Shown: positions 1 to 10,646, numbered from the stretch's first letter. The stretch is DNA of 64,000 nucleotides from an uncultured delta proteobacterium (GCA_963812015.1 CAWETI010000002.1:1280001-1344000); one strand, 5' to 3'. The notes: generated by a model not told the origin, from the sequence alone. Translations and numbers: made by a program.

Positions 1-259
1 AGGGCGGAGGATAGGTTTGACACCAACAGATAAAATTCAAATCGAGGGGGGTATGAGTTGCATGTATGGCAATGATATTAAATAGTTAAAATTTTAATTT
101 GAATTACACATAGATAGCAGTTAATAAGCCTTTGCCTGATCAAAATCTGATCAGAATTTTCCCCCCCCAAATTTTCTCCACGATTTTTGCCATGCAGATA
201 TAGCGAGGAGATTTTTTCCTAATATCCGCTTACAGCAGAACCGGGACTAATAAAACTGG

Positions 260-289
260 TTGCACCCTAGCTGCATTAAAGTCTATACT
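260..289 (+). promoter_or_regulatory. Candidate Zur-type palindrome overlapping a sigma70 promoter
   Basis: TTGCACC-CTA-GCTGCAT (260-276) matches the deltaproteobacterial Zur-type consensus ATGCAAC-N3-GTTGCAT at 11 of 14 positions. It overlaps a -35 TTGCAC; -10 TATACT is at 284-289. Lies upstream of a metal ABC uptake operon. Confidence 0.5.
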
Positions 290-307
290 TCCTGCGAGGA
301 ACTCCTG

Positions 308-742
308 ATGGGCAGGCTCAGAACCCAGCATAGAGGGCACAGACGAAGTTCGATGCTTTCCGGTGTAAGTCAAACCCGCCTCGGCTCCTTATTTTGCCTG
401 CTCGCCCTTCTATCGCTATTCTTTTTACCTCTGGCTCATCAATGCCATGTGCACGCCTTGGAAGGGATCGATGCTACCGCAGCCTCGAGTCCCGAACAAA
501 CAGCTGAGCTGCGACTGGGGTCCGCAGAATCTGAGGGGCCACACCATCCGCACCACGATGCGTCATCCTGCCCGATCTGCCAGGCGGCCTTAAGTTGCCG
601 GTATTGCGCGGTCACGACCCTTTCCCTGGCCCCAGTCCTTTCCCTACCGGTCCAACAGTTTTGTAATAATGCTATTACTTCATTAGTTGCCAACCAAGAT
701 GTCCTGGTTTTAGGACCGCGCGCCCCGCCAGTTTCCCTCTAA
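308..742 (+). CDS. DUF2946-like protein (TM segment, His-rich, CxxC, C-terminal RAPP); start uncertain
   Basis: Hydrophobic segment, HHPHHD-x3-CPIC, ends GPRAPPVSL; upstream of an outer-membrane transporter gene. Confidence 0.75.
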   Translation: MGRLRTQHRGHRRSSMLSGVSQTRLGSLFCLLALLSLFFLPLAHQCHVHALEGIDATAASSPEQTAELRLGSAESEGPHHPHHDASSCPICQAALSCRYCAVTTLSLAPVLSLPVQQFCNNAITSLVANQDVLVLGPRAPPVSL

Positions 743-850
743 ATCAACAACCGACAATCTTTCAAACTTTTTTTCTCGGTATTTAAGTTGCTCTTAAAAA
801 CCGCAGGGATGAAGTGTGACCTAGGAGAATTGTCATTAGGGGGAAGATTC

Positions 851-2389
851 ATGACTGGACGGATTATAGTCATTTGGTTAGCTCTGGCCATAAGCTTCGG
901 CACGGTGAATACTGCCCTGGCCCAAGATCAGGCCGCAGCCATTGAAGAGCTCAGGAAAGAAATGAAAGAACTGCATCAGGAGGTTTCCGCAAAAGATAAG
1001 AAGATTGAGGAACTGGAACGCCGCCTTGATGCGGTGCAAAAAGCTACCACTGCGGCCCCAGCAGCCAAGGCGCCGGTCAAGGCCGAAACGGCTAAAGCAG
1101 AAGTCAAGCCTCCTCAACCCGCTGCTCCGCCCGCGGCGGCCACGGCGGCTCAGACGGTGGCAACCGAGCAGATGCAGGAACAGGTGCAGGAGTTGAAGGA
1201 GCAGGTGGGCCAGGTAGTCGAGGCACAGAAGCAGGAGTTTCTGGCCAAGTTCAATCCTTCCATCGGGTTCGTGGGTGAGTCGATCGGCGCTTATCGCAGT
1301 CAGGCTGCGAGGTTTACGAACGTCCTCTACCCGCAATCTAGCCCCCGGCCCGGCGGAGGCGATTTTTTCCAGCGTTCGATGGAACTGAATTTTGCGGGAT
1401 CGGTTGATCCGTTTGCACGCGGTTATGCGGTGCTCAATGCCTCTGCCGACCCGGTTACCGGCGAAGCCACCGCGGGGTTTGAAGAGGCTGCACTGGTCAC
1501 GACCTCATTGCCATGGAACCTGACGCTTAAGGCGGGACGGTTCTTCGGCGAGTTCGGCCGGTTAGCTTACATCCACGATCATGAACTGCCCTTCGTTTGG
1601 CGGCCGCTGGCGCTCGATTCATACATCGGCGGCGAATCGCGTACCGACGGGGTACAGATCAACTGGCTGTTGCCGCTCTCGCATTACGTGAGTCTGACCG
1701 CGGGGGTGGGTGATTCTTTCGGCGGGACACCAAACAATGTCGGCGATTTCCGGCAATTCACCGGGTTTAACTTTTGGGGCCGCGCCTCCACATATTTTGA
1801 CCTGACCCCTGAGATCGCAATGGAACCTGGCTTTTCATGGTTGTTCAATCCGAACGCAACAGATCGTGGCGGCGGGTTTCTGCAACCCAACGGCAATACG
1901 CTCACGGAACGCGAACGCCGTCTGCTGGGAGCAGATTTTTTGCTGCGCTACCAGCCGCTGCGTAACAATCAGTTCAAAAGCCTCACCTGGGGCACGGAGG
2001 TGCTTTACAGCGACAACCGCTATAACGTTACCGCACCGGACGGCACCCTGTCGCCCAACAGCAACGTCCCCTCCTATGGCTTGTACTCGTATGTCGCTTA
2101 CCGGTTCCATCGGGAGTGGACAACCGGGTTTGAGTTTCAATATGCGCAGAATGCACAGGACAAGCACCAGCAAACCTACTCGTATTCTCCGTATATCACC
2201 TGGTATGTCAGCCACTGGAATGAGCTGCGCCTGCAATACACCTACACCCAACCCTACGGGAAGGGTGTATTTGAGGGTCTGGATGGATCAAGCCCAGCCG
2301 TGGTTAACCGCCTGCGCGGTGATAATGCCGTTTACCTGCAATGGGCGTGGATCATAGGGTCACACGCGCATGGGTGGCAAGAACGCTAA
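851..2389 (+). CDS. Outer-membrane porin/receptor with N-terminal coiled coil, metal-uptake associated
   Basis: Signal peptide (ALA-Q), coiled coil, Ala/Pro linker, beta-strand-rich body, C-terminal IGSHAHGW. Confidence 0.75.
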   Translation: MTGRIIVIWLALAISFGTVNTALAQDQAAAIEELRKEMKELHQEVSAKDKKIEELERRLDAVQKATTAAPAAKAPVKAETAKAEVKPPQPAAPPAAATAAQTVATEQMQEQVQELKEQVGQVVEAQKQEFLAKFNPSIGFVGESIGAYRSQAARFTNVLYPQSSPRPGGGDFFQRSMELNFAGSVDPFARGYAVLNASADPVTGEATAGFEEAALVTTSLPWNLTLKAGRFFGEFGRLAYIHDHELPFVWRPLALDSYIGGESRTDGVQINWLLPLSHYVSLTAGVGDSFGGTPNNVGDFRQFTGFNFWGRASTYFDLTPEIAMEPGFSWLFNPNATDRGGGFLQPNGNTLTERERRLLGADFLLRYQPLRNNQFKSLTWGTEVLYSDNRYNVTAPDGTLSPNSNVPSYGLYSYVAYRFHREWTTGFEFQYAQNAQDKHQQTYSYSPYITWYVSHWNELRLQYTYTQPYGKGVFEGLDGSSPAVVNRLRGDNAVYLQWAWIIGSHAHGWQER

Positions 2390-2411
2390 ACCTGGAAGAG
2401 AGGAATCGAAC

Positions 2412-3344
2412 GTGAAATTGAGAATGTTCCATGTGTTTTGGACCATCCTGTTTATCGGGATCTTATGTTTCGGGGCGATACCGGCTCACGCGGCCAAAAT
2501 CCTCGTCGTCACAACGCTGACTGACGTTGCGGACTGTGCCCGCCAAGTTGGCGGGGACCTGGTCGAGGTTCACAGCCTGGCCACGGGCGTAGAAGACACG
2601 CACGGGGTGCCGATGAAACCGAGTTTCGTGCCCATGATGAACCGGGCGGACCTGATGATCCTGGTGGGGCTGGATTGTGAGCACGCCTTCCTGCCTGCAT
2701 TGCTGGAAGCGAGCAAGAACCCCCGCATCCAGAAAGGCAAGCCCGGCTACGTGGACTGCTCGGAGGGCATCATCCCACGCGATGTACCCAAGTCAACCGA
2801 CCACACCGCTGGCGACGTTCATCCTTACGGCAACCCGCACTACATGCTCGATCCGGTGTCGGCGAAGACCGCCATCGCGAATATCTGCAATGCCCTGGTA
2901 GCCTTCGCGCCACAGTTTCAAGCAGAATTCAAGCGTAACCGGGATGCTTATCTCGCCAAGCTCAATGCCAAAATTGCCGAGTGGAAACAGGAAGCCCAGC
3001 TGCTCAAGGGTGTAAAATTCGTATCCTATCACGAGCATTGGCCATACTTCGCGGCGCGCTTTGGCATGGACTACTTTGGCACGATTGAACTGAAGCCGGG
3101 TATCGATCCGACCCCCCGTCACATTGAAGAATTGATCGCCACGATGAAGGCCGAGCATGTTCCCATCGTGGTGCGCGAGCCGCAGTTTCCTGAAAAGGTG
3201 CCGAAACTCATCGCCGAACAGACCGGCGCGACTATGATAACGCTGCCGATCATGCCGGGCGGCGTACCGGATACGGAAACGTACATTAAGATGATGGACT
3301 ACATCGTCCACACCATGGTCGCTGCCGTACAAACTAAGAAATAA
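2412..3344 (+). CDS. Metal (Zn/Mn) ABC transporter substrate-binding protein, ZnuA/TroA family
   Basis: DTHG, GNPHYMLDP and YHEHW motifs; signal peptide; GTG start. Confidence 0.9.
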   Translation: MKLRMFHVFWTILFIGILCFGAIPAHAAKILVVTTLTDVADCARQVGGDLVEVHSLATGVEDTHGVPMKPSFVPMMNRADLMILVGLDCEHAFLPALLEASKNPRIQKGKPGYVDCSEGIIPRDVPKSTDHTAGDVHPYGNPHYMLDPVSAKTAIANICNALVAFAPQFQAEFKRNRDAYLAKLNAKIAEWKQEAQLLKGVKFVSYHEHWPYFAARFGMDYFGTIELKPGIDPTPRHIEELIATMKAEHVPIVVREPQFPEKVPKLIAEQTGATMITLPIMPGGVPDTETYIKMMDYIVHTMVAAVQTKK

Positions 3345-3407
3345 GCACACGAGGAGAGGGTCCACCCGTGGGTTGTCAAGGTGGACCCCACTTAACAGGC
3401 ATATGAT

Positions 3408-4124
3408 ATGAATGAAGCGCTCATCACACTGTCCAACCTGAGCATCGGCTACAACAGCCAGCCGGTGATGTCCGGGATTTCGCTTTCGATTGCCCGCAAC
3501 AGTTTCATCGCCATTCTTGGTGCAAACGGTTCGGGTAAATCGACTCTGCTCAAGACGCTGCTTGGACTGCTCCCGCCAGTCGCGGGCCGCATCGACACCG
3601 CTACACCGTCGGGCGCGCCGCTCCTGTTCGGTTACGTCCCTCAGTCCAATCAGTTTGATCCGATATATCTGCTGACGGGGTTCGACGTTGCTCTGATGGG
3701 CGCGTATGGACGCGTCCGCCCAGGACGTTTTGTCCCGCCAAGCGAACGTGCCTTCACGCACAAATGTTTGCGCGCAGTAGGTGCTGAGGAGTTTGCTCAC
3801 CTGCGGTTTGCCAAACTATCCGGTGGTCAGAAACAACGCGTGCTCATCGCCCGCGCTCTGACGACCCGCCCTGACGTCCTGATACTCGACGAACCGACCG
3901 CAGGTGTGGACATCACAGCGACACAAGCGGTCCTGGCCTTTATTTCGCAAATCCGTCAGGAAAAGAAGATCACGGTCTTGATAGCCACGCACGACTTTGC
4001 GGTGGTGCGCCATCATGCCCAGCAAGTCCTTTGGTTTCATCAGGGCAAGATGCATCACGGCACCGCGGACGAATTGCTAAACCTCGAGCGGATGGCGGAG
4101 ATTTTTGAAATGGGGATCGGTTGA
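3408..4124 (+). CDS. Metal ABC transporter ATPase (ZnuC-like)
   Basis: GANGSGKS, LSGGQ, LILDEP, GYVPQ. Confidence 0.92.
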   Translation: MNEALITLSNLSIGYNSQPVMSGISLSIARNSFIAILGANGSGKSTLLKTLLGLLPPVAGRIDTATPSGAPLLFGYVPQSNQFDPIYLLTGFDVALMGAYGRVRPGRFVPPSERAFTHKCLRAVGAEEFAHLRFAKLSGGQKQRVLIARALTTRPDVLILDEPTAGVDITATQAVLAFISQIRQEKKITVLIATHDFAVVRHHAQQVLWFHQGKMHHGTADELLNLERMAEIFEMGIG

Positions 4125-4125
4125 C

Positions 4126-5001
4126 ATGGAAACGTTAAGTCAGATTCTCTCGCCCGATTTTCTCCTGCGCAACTCGGTTTATACCAGCGTGCTCGTCGGC
4201 TTCGCTTGCCCCCTCGTCGGGGTGTTTCTCGTGATGCGCCGGTTGGTGTTCATGGGCGTAGCACTGCCGCAGATTTCCTCGACGGGCGTTGCGATCGCCC
4301 TCTCCCTTCCCTTGTGGTTCGGAATTCATCTGCATGATCATGGCGCACACAGCGCGCACGCCCTTGCCTTTGCCGGCTCGATGACATTCTCGCTGGCCGC
4401 GGTCCTGGTGCTGGCGTTTCTGGAACGACGCGGGCGCGGTCAGCCCGAGGGCAGACTCGGTACTGCGTATGTCGTGGCTGCCTCGCTGAGCATATTGTTG
4501 CTGTCAAAGAATCCTTACGGCGAGATCGGCTGGCTCGACCTTTTGAAAGGCGAGGTCATCACCATCTCCAATTTCGATCTCGTGCTGACGGCAGCAACGC
4601 TCATGGTGGTCCTTGCAGCGTTAGGATTGTTCCACAAGGAGTTGCTCCTGGTCTCATTCGACCGCGAGATGGCCATTACCCTTCGCAAGAACGTGGTTTT
4701 CTGGGACGTGCTGCTCTATTTATTGATCGGCCTGACCGTTTCGATGGCAGTGCTCAGTGTCGGTCCGCTGATCGCGTTCGGATTTTTGCTGATCCCCGCG
4801 CTGACGGCGCATCTGTTCGCCCACAATATGCGCCAGTTCGCGACGCTGGCCTCTTTGGTCGGGGGCGCGGTAGCGTTCCTCGGTTTCTGGATCGCCTATC
4901 AATGTGATTTGCCCGTCGGCCCGACGGATGTCGTCCTTCTCGGCGGGCTCTACGCGGCAGCCTGGGTTATCGCCAAACTTCTCCCCGAGAACTCACGGTG
5001 A
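4126..5001 (+). CDS. Metal ABC transporter permease (ZnuB/ABC-3 family)
   Basis: Multi-TM; GVFLVMRRLVFMG and SFDRE motifs. Confidence 0.9.
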   Translation: METLSQILSPDFLLRNSVYTSVLVGFACPLVGVFLVMRRLVFMGVALPQISSTGVAIALSLPLWFGIHLHDHGAHSAHALAFAGSMTFSLAAVLVLAFLERRGRGQPEGRLGTAYVVAASLSILLLSKNPYGEIGWLDLLKGEVITISNFDLVLTAATLMVVLAALGLFHKELLLVSFDREMAITLRKNVVFWDVLLYLLIGLTVSMAVLSVGPLIAFGFLLIPALTAHLFAHNMRQFATLASLVGGAVAFLGFWIAYQCDLPVGPTDVVLLGGLYAAAWVIAKLLPENSR

Positions 5002-5075
5002 TCTCGCAAGGCTTAAGCTGCATAGTTAAGGATTTTTTCCAGGCTCGTTAGACCCAAAAAAAGGGGGGTACCGAA

Positions 5076-5540
5076 ATGGGAAAGGTATTGCGATTCTCGC
5101 TCATGTTCATAGCCTGCGTCCTGCCGCTTCTCGGCCAGTCACACCTGGCTGACTCAGCGGCAAGGTTTGTGGATAACGGAGATGGTACCGTTACAGACAC
5201 GAGGCTGAAAATAATGTGGCAGAAGGGCGATAATGGCAAGGAGGTCACCTTCGAGGAGGCCCAGCAATACTGCAAGAATCTACAGCTGGGTCGCCATACT
5301 GACTGGCGTCTACCCAGGCCTGACGAACGAGATACCGCAGTAGCCATCCAATTGCTGATACCCAAACATTCTCGCGATACCTATGCCTATTTTGATCTCT
5401 ATTGGTCATCCGACCACGCAGTCTTGCTCCCATTCAACTATCACCCCGCTCAAGGGGGACCGGTCTTAAGGGCATATCCTGCCAGGGAGGGCGCCAAGGC
5501 CTTCGTGAGGGCTGTCCGCTCCTTGGGGACTAATAGTTAA
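5076..5540 (+). CDS. DUF1566 (Lcl C-terminal) domain secreted protein
   Basis: RFVDNGDGTVTD...MWQ...YC..L.LG...DWRLP. Confidence 0.85.
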   Translation: MGKVLRFSLMFIACVLPLLGQSHLADSAARFVDNGDGTVTDTRLKIMWQKGDNGKEVTFEEAQQYCKNLQLGRHTDWRLPRPDERDTAVAIQLLIPKHSRDTYAYFDLYWSSDHAVLLPFNYHPAQGGPVLRAYPAREGAKAFVRAVRSLGTNS

Positions 5541-5985
5541 GAGAATTTTCTGCAGTCTTCCTTGCCGCTAGGCACTGCCTCGGACATTGGGGTGGAGTTC
5601 AAGGACCCCAGGCCAGTACCGCTCGGTGATGGTGCGCCAGAGGAAAAGCCGAGTCTCCATGCAAATACCAACCCCGCGCATGTTAGGAAACCCTGGAACC
5701 GGCTGACTGCGACATAACTTGCCACTAGCAACAAATCTGTTCAATATCAAAAAGTTCCTGTTATGATTTGCATATACTAATGAGTCGGCATCTGCTCAAA
5801 TATAAATAATCCGGTGCCGCTAACGCCTCAACCTCCCATGGCGGCTTGGCCTGCATAAACTTGGTCAATCGTTGCCGCCGTTCTGGCAATCTTTCTCCCA
5901 CTCCTTATAGTGAGACCCATGCGCACCAAACTTAGGCAAGGTGTGAAGCAATTTCTCTGGCGGCGGTTTTCGCGCCCCGGCCAGT

Positions 5986-7506
5986 TCACCGTCGCCAGGC
6001 CAGGAACCGGGTGAAGAGCTTCTTGACGAAGGGCGTCAGTCGGGTGCGGTTATAGAGGTCCCCGGTCTGGTGGATGGCTTCGGCCTGGGTGGGATACGGG
6101 TGAATGACCGAGGCCAGGGTCCCCAGGCCCACTTTTCCCACCATGGCCAGCGTGATTTCGCTGATCATCTCCCCGGCGTGCCGGGCCACGATGGTGGCTC
6201 CCAGAATTTGATCGGCGCCCGGCTTGACGTGGATTTTGACCAGCCCCTGATCTTCGCCGTCCACGATGGCCCGGTCCACTTCGCTCAGGGGTTTTATAAG
6301 GGTCTGAATCGGGATGCCCTGTTTTTCGGCCTCGGCTTCATTTATCCCTACGTGGGCAACTTCGGGGTCGGTATAGGTGCACCAGGGGATGGTCAGGGCG
6401 CTCAACTTCTTGCGGCCGCAAAACAGGGCGTTCTGGATGACAATCCGGGCCGTGGCATCGGCCATGTGGGTGAACTTGTATTTCAGGCAGACGTCTCCCG
6501 CGGCATAAATGCGGCGGTTAGTGGTTCGGAGCTGATCATTGACCACCACCCCCTCCCGCTTATCGTACCTGACGCCGGCCTCCTCCAGTCCCAGATGGTC
6601 TACGTTAGGGGCCCGGCCCGCCCCCGCCAGGATCTCGTCCACTTCGATTTCGCCAGGCTGCCCCCCGCTCTCGTACCGGACCAGCTTGCCGCCTTCGGTC
6701 TTAAGAACCCCGGTGGGTTTGGCATTGAGGATGAGGGAAATGCCCTCTTCCACAAAGACCTGTTGCACCAGTCGGACGGCGTCCGCATCCTCCCGGTTCA
6801 TGAGCTGGGCGTATTTGTGGAGCAGGGTCACCTGGCACCCCAGGCGTTGAAAGGCCTGGGCGAACTCGCAGCCCAGGGGCCCGCCCCCCATGATCAGCAG
6901 CCGCCGGGGCCGCTCGGTCAGAGAAAAAACCGTCTCATTGGTGAGATAGCCGGCCTCGGCCATCCCCGGAACCGGCGGGTCCACCGGCCGGGCCCCCGTG
7001 GCGATGACCGCCTTGGTGAAGTGCAGAGTTTGGCCGGCCACCTCGATGGTTCGGGGGCCGGAAAACTGCGCCTCTCCCAGGAAGACGTCCACCCCCAAGT
7101 CCCTAAAGCGCCGGGCGGAATCGTGCTGGCTGATGGCAGCCCTCAGGCACCGCATGCGCTCCATGACCCCGGGGAAATCCACTTCGGTCCCCGGCGGCAC
7201 CTTGACGCCGAAGCGGGCTGCGTCTCGAAGGTCTTTCAACACCCGGGAGGAGCGGATGATGGCCTTGGAGGGCACGCAGCCGTAATTCAGGCAGTCACCC
7301 CCCAACAGGTGACGTTCCACCAGGGCAACTTTGGCCCCCAGACCCGCAGCCCCCGCGGCGGTCACCAGGCCGGTGGTGCCGGCGCCGATCACTACCAGAT
7401 TATAGCGGGGGGCGGGTTCGGGATTCACCCAGTCCGGCGGGTGGACGTTGGCGGCCAGCGCCTGGTTGTACTGATCCCGAGGGGAGAGCATAGGTGCGCC
7501 GTTCAT
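5986..7506 (-). CDS. FAD-dependent pyridine nucleotide-disulfide oxidoreductase (mercuric-reductase-like/Lpd family)
   Basis: GGDCLNYGCVPSK redox motif, HPYPT; lacks the MerA C-terminal Cys-Cys and HMA domain. Confidence 0.88.
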   Translation of the reverse strand: MNGAPMLSPRDQYNQALAANVHPPDWVNPEPAPRYNLVVIGAGTTGLVTAAGAAGLGAKVALVERHLLGGDCLNYGCVPSKAIIRSSRVLKDLRDAARFGVKVPPGTEVDFPGVMERMRCLRAAISQHDSARRFRDLGVDVFLGEAQFSGPRTIEVAGQTLHFTKAVIATGARPVDPPVPGMAEAGYLTNETVFSLTERPRRLLIMGGGPLGCEFAQAFQRLGCQVTLLHKYAQLMNREDADAVRLVQQVFVEEGISLILNAKPTGVLKTEGGKLVRYESGGQPGEIEVDEILAGAGRAPNVDHLGLEEAGVRYDKREGVVVNDQLRTTNRRIYAAGDVCLKYKFTHMADATARIVIQNALFCGRKKLSALTIPWCTYTDPEVAHVGINEAEAEKQGIPIQTLIKPLSEVDRAIVDGEDQGLVKIHVKPGADQILGATIVARHAGEMISEITLAMVGKVGLGTLASVIHPYPTQAEAIHQTGDLYNRTRLTPFVKKLFTRFLAWRR

Positions 7507-8288
7507 GATGGGGGTCCTGGCGAGGCGGCATCCGGGCGGGTCTCGCTATCTTGCTCCCCCGCCTGGAGCCGGCGCCGGGCGAAGCGCACCAGCATGGTCA
7601 AAACGATCAATGCCGCCAGGAAGGCCCCGACCAGGCCCCAGGGGACCTTGCCCTGGGCCACCCCTTGCAGTAAGGCGTCGGCTCCCACCACATAGAGGAC
7701 CGTGCCCGGGATGATGCAGAGCCAGGTCCAGAAGACATAAGTCCAAAAGGGCACCCGGGTCAGGCCAAAACCATAGTTGAGCAGGTTGAAGGGAAAAATC
7801 GGCACCAGGCGGGTCAGGGCGACGATGATGGCGCCGTGCTCTGCGGTGAGCTGATCGAGGCGACGAAATTTTTCATTTTTTCCCAGCCAGTTGACCACCG
7901 CGTCCCGGGCAAAATAACGGCCCACGAGAAACGCCAGACCGGCCCCCAGGGTGGCCCCGATATTAATCAGGATGACCCCCCACACCGAACCGAATAGGGC
8001 GGCCGCGGCCACCGAGATGGGCGCCGCCGGGAGGGCCGCCACCACCGCCACCACGTAAATCAGGATAAACACCAGGGCGCCCAGGGCCCCCAGGCTCTTG
8101 ATCCAGTCCCGCAAGTCCCCCAGCTTGTCGGCCAGGCCCAGGAACCGGGCCAGCAGCAGGACGGCGATGACCAGGGCCAGTAGGGCCACCGGCCGCCGCC
8201 ACTGTCGGCCTGGTTCCCCCTGACCCCCGGACTGGTCCTGAGTTTGGGGCTCAGGGGCCGGGGCGGTCGTTCCGGTTGAAGCATCCAC
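7503..8288 (-). CDS. TVP38/TMEM64 (DedA/VTT) family membrane protein
   Basis: RLVPIFPFNLLNY motif; overlaps the oxidoreductase start. Confidence 0.9.
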   Translation of the reverse strand: MDASTGTTAPAPEPQTQDQSGGQGEPGRQWRRPVALLALVIAVLLLARFLGLADKLGDLRDWIKSLGALGALVFILIYVVAVVAALPAAPISVAAAALFGSVWGVILINIGATLGAGLAFLVGRYFARDAVVNWLGKNEKFRRLDQLTAEHGAIIVALTRLVPIFPFNLLNYGFGLTRVPFWTYVFWTWLCIIPGTVLYVVGADALLQGVAQGKVPWGLVGAFLAALIVLTMLVRFARRRLQAGEQDSETRPDAASPGPPS

Positions 8289-8645
8289 TCTTATGACTTC
8301 CTTCGGGATTAAAATTGCCCCCGCCGGGCTCCTTACCTGCGAAGATCGGGGTTATGCGTCCGGCAGCTTGACTAGACGGTAAGCATCGGATGAAAAATAT
8401 CAACCGCGGCAACAGGGTTTTAGCCGGGAGAAGGACGGGTAAGGGCAGGGGGTTGGGTTATGGAAAGGGGAGGGGTGGTATTTTGACGGCAAATACTGAA
8501 AGAGGAGAGAAGGCGGCATGGGGTGGGAACCTGGCCCAGGTAATGAACCGATTTCCCCGGATGCCACCGGAAGCACCATTGGCAGCCTGGACCGAGACAA
8601 AGTTCGAGGACTTGCAGGAGAGGTTGAAAAGCGTCGCCCCGGCCC

Positions 8646-9074
8646 TTATTGCCAGCCGATGACCTGGTAGCCCTTTTCCTGAAGGCAGTGTTCCACGAAC
8701 CGCCGCTGTACCGGGTCCAGGTCCCGGGAGTGGAAGAGCCCCCGGATCAGGCCGCCCGTGCCACCTCCGGCCGCGCCCATGGCCGCGCCGCGCCCCGCTA
8801 CGCCAGCAACCGCGCCCACGGCTGCGCCCACTGCGGCCCCGGCCGCGGCTCCCACCCCGGTGGAACCCGCGACTTCACCGGCGGCATGAGATTTATAGCC
8901 CGCTTCCGCGGCCTGCTGCAAACAGGCATCGATATCCTGCTGGGCCACGGCCGGCCCCACCGTCTCCAGCCGTTCATTGGGATAGAGCACGGGGCGTTGG
9001 GCCGCACACGCCAGGCTTGAGGCCACGATGCCGCCCACCAGGAGGATCCGCAAAAGTTCTTTGATCATGGGCAA
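8646..9074 (-). CDS. Glycine-zipper lipoprotein
   Basis: Lipobox-like LAC; GAAAGAAVGAAVG repeats; CLQEKGYQV. Confidence 0.8.
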   Translation of the reverse strand: MPMIKELLRILLVGGIVASSLACAAQRPVLYPNERLETVGPAVAQQDIDACLQQAAEAGYKSHAAGEVAGSTGVGAAAGAAVGAAVGAVAGVAGRGAAMGAAGGGTGGLIRGLFHSRDLDPVQRRFVEHCLQEKGYQVIGWQ

Positions 9075-9266
9075 TAACTCCAGGCTCCGTCCCCGGGTGA
9101 GGGGTCTTCACTGGATTTGACCAACAGCCGGGGGGAACGTTAAGGGGCAAGGTATGAGTTAGCCAAATTTTTGCCGAAGACAGACCGGGGCTCAGGCCGG
9201 TATAAAGTTAGTGGGCCGGGTTTGGCAACCGACCGCCGGAGTCAGGCCATGGAAACCGGAAACCCC

Positions 9267-10223
9267 TTAGACCATGCGGATGGCCAACCGCGCGCAATGG
9301 GGGGCGCAATAGCCGCACAGGATGCAGCGGTCATGATCGACGGTCACCTTGCCGTCAACGACCGACAGGGCCCCGTTTTCACAGTGCTCCACACATTCCC
9401 CGCAGCCTTCACAGGCGAGCGCCACAATGCTCAGGCGCTTGGTGGACAGCGCCGTGTCCCGGGCCAGATCTGGGGGGATCGGCCGGCCCGCCGCGAAGCG
9501 CAGGTTCCAGTCCACTTCCAGGGGGGTTACCATACCCACTACCACGGCATCGAGCTCGTCGACGCCGAAAATAAAGCGCAGGGCTTCTTCCCGATTGGGG
9601 ACAAAGTTACCCCCGGCCAGGGATTTCATGGCATATACGAACATGCCGGCCTGGTGCGCCTCCCGGATGGCCGCCAGCATCTCCTCCACTCCGCCGTCGA
9701 TGATACCCATGCCCTTCAGGTTGATGAGAGGATGAACCACGTCCATCGCCGGATGGCGCACCGCGTCCATGACCCCCGCCACCGAATGGGAACTCAGGCC
9801 CACCATGCGGATCAGCCCTTTGGCCCTGGCGGCCAGGAGTGCCTCCAGGGTGGGCCCCCACTCGTCCTCGGTGAAGCGGTTGCGGGCGCAGTGGCACAGC
9901 ATGATGTCGATGACGTCCCGGCCCAGTTCTTTTAGGGCGGTTTCAATATGTTTTTCGGCCAGAGCCCGATCAGCCCGGGCGTGGGTCTTGGTGGCCACCG
10001 TGACGGCCCCGCCCCAGCCTTTGAGCCCCTGGGCGATGTGCTCGTAGGTCCCATAGAGGGTGGCGGTATCGATAAAGGTGATGCCGCCTTCCACCGCAGC
10101 GCGGACCACTCTGGCACCTTCCGCTACGGACAGGGTCCGCTGCAATGGACCCATGGGCAAGGCGCCCAGGCCCAACCGCGTAACCGTGCGGCCCAGTTGG
10201 GGTAAAAAACGCGTTTCCAACAT
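9267..10223 (-). CDS. Aldo/keto reductase with C-terminal 4Fe-4S dicluster domain
   Basis: IDTATLYG, GLSSH, AMKSLAGG; CEGCGECVEHC and CILCGYCAPHC. Confidence 0.9.
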   Translation of the reverse strand: MLETRFLPQLGRTVTRLGLGALPMGPLQRTLSVAEGARVVRAAVEGGITFIDTATLYGTYEHIAQGLKGWGGAVTVATKTHARADRALAEKHIETALKELGRDVIDIMLCHCARNRFTEDEWGPTLEALLAARAKGLIRMVGLSSHSVAGVMDAVRHPAMDVVHPLINLKGMGIIDGGVEEMLAAIREAHQAGMFVYAMKSLAGGNFVPNREEALRFIFGVDELDAVVVGMVTPLEVDWNLRFAAGRPIPPDLARDTALSTKRLSIVALACEGCGECVEHCENGALSVVDGKVTVDHDRCILCGYCAPHCARLAIRMV

Positions 10224-10629
10224 CGAGGCGACTCTCCTTTGAGATGGCGCTCATTATATCACAAGCTTGGGGGGGAGCAAACGAAGCTGAGCCCTGGAGA
10301 CCGCCAGCCGGCGCCGCCCGTCGGGTGCGCCTGGCCCGGAGGGCGAAGTGACGCGGCGGTCACCCCGGCAGCCCCTGGGCCGGGCTGGGGAGGTGGGCCT
10401 GCTGCTTCCCCCGACGTCACCGGGGCGCCATGGCGTGGCCCCTTCTGGCCCGGCTGCGGGGAGCGGCCGCCCCGGTTCGGGCCTGCTGTTTCATTTCCCT
10501 TACAGGTTCGGGGCCGCCGTTAGTCTTATTCATCTCATTAAGAATAGTTGACACAATATGCACATTAATAAACATTGGATTAAGAATCTAAATTACCTTT
10601 TTAAGAGGAATTCCGATGGGATGCAATAA

Positions 10630-10646
10630 TTGGTATTCATCTTGCA
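10630..10646 (+). promoter_or_regulatory. Sigma54 -24/-12 promoter
   Basis: TTGGTATTCATCTTGCA: GG-N10-GC spacing in an AT-rich region ~40 nt before a small ORF. Confidence 0.6.

Noticed and set aside
5986..7506. Mercury resistance (merA)
   Set aside because: No C-terminal Cys-Cys pair, no HMA domain, no merR/T/P neighbours; pairing with TVP38 indicates the MerA-like oxidoreductase group
6070..7695. Long antisense ORFs (also 27391-28452, 33455-34807, 55478-57271 and others)
   Set aside because: Shadow frames of GC3-rich real genes; no recognisable motifs or RBS
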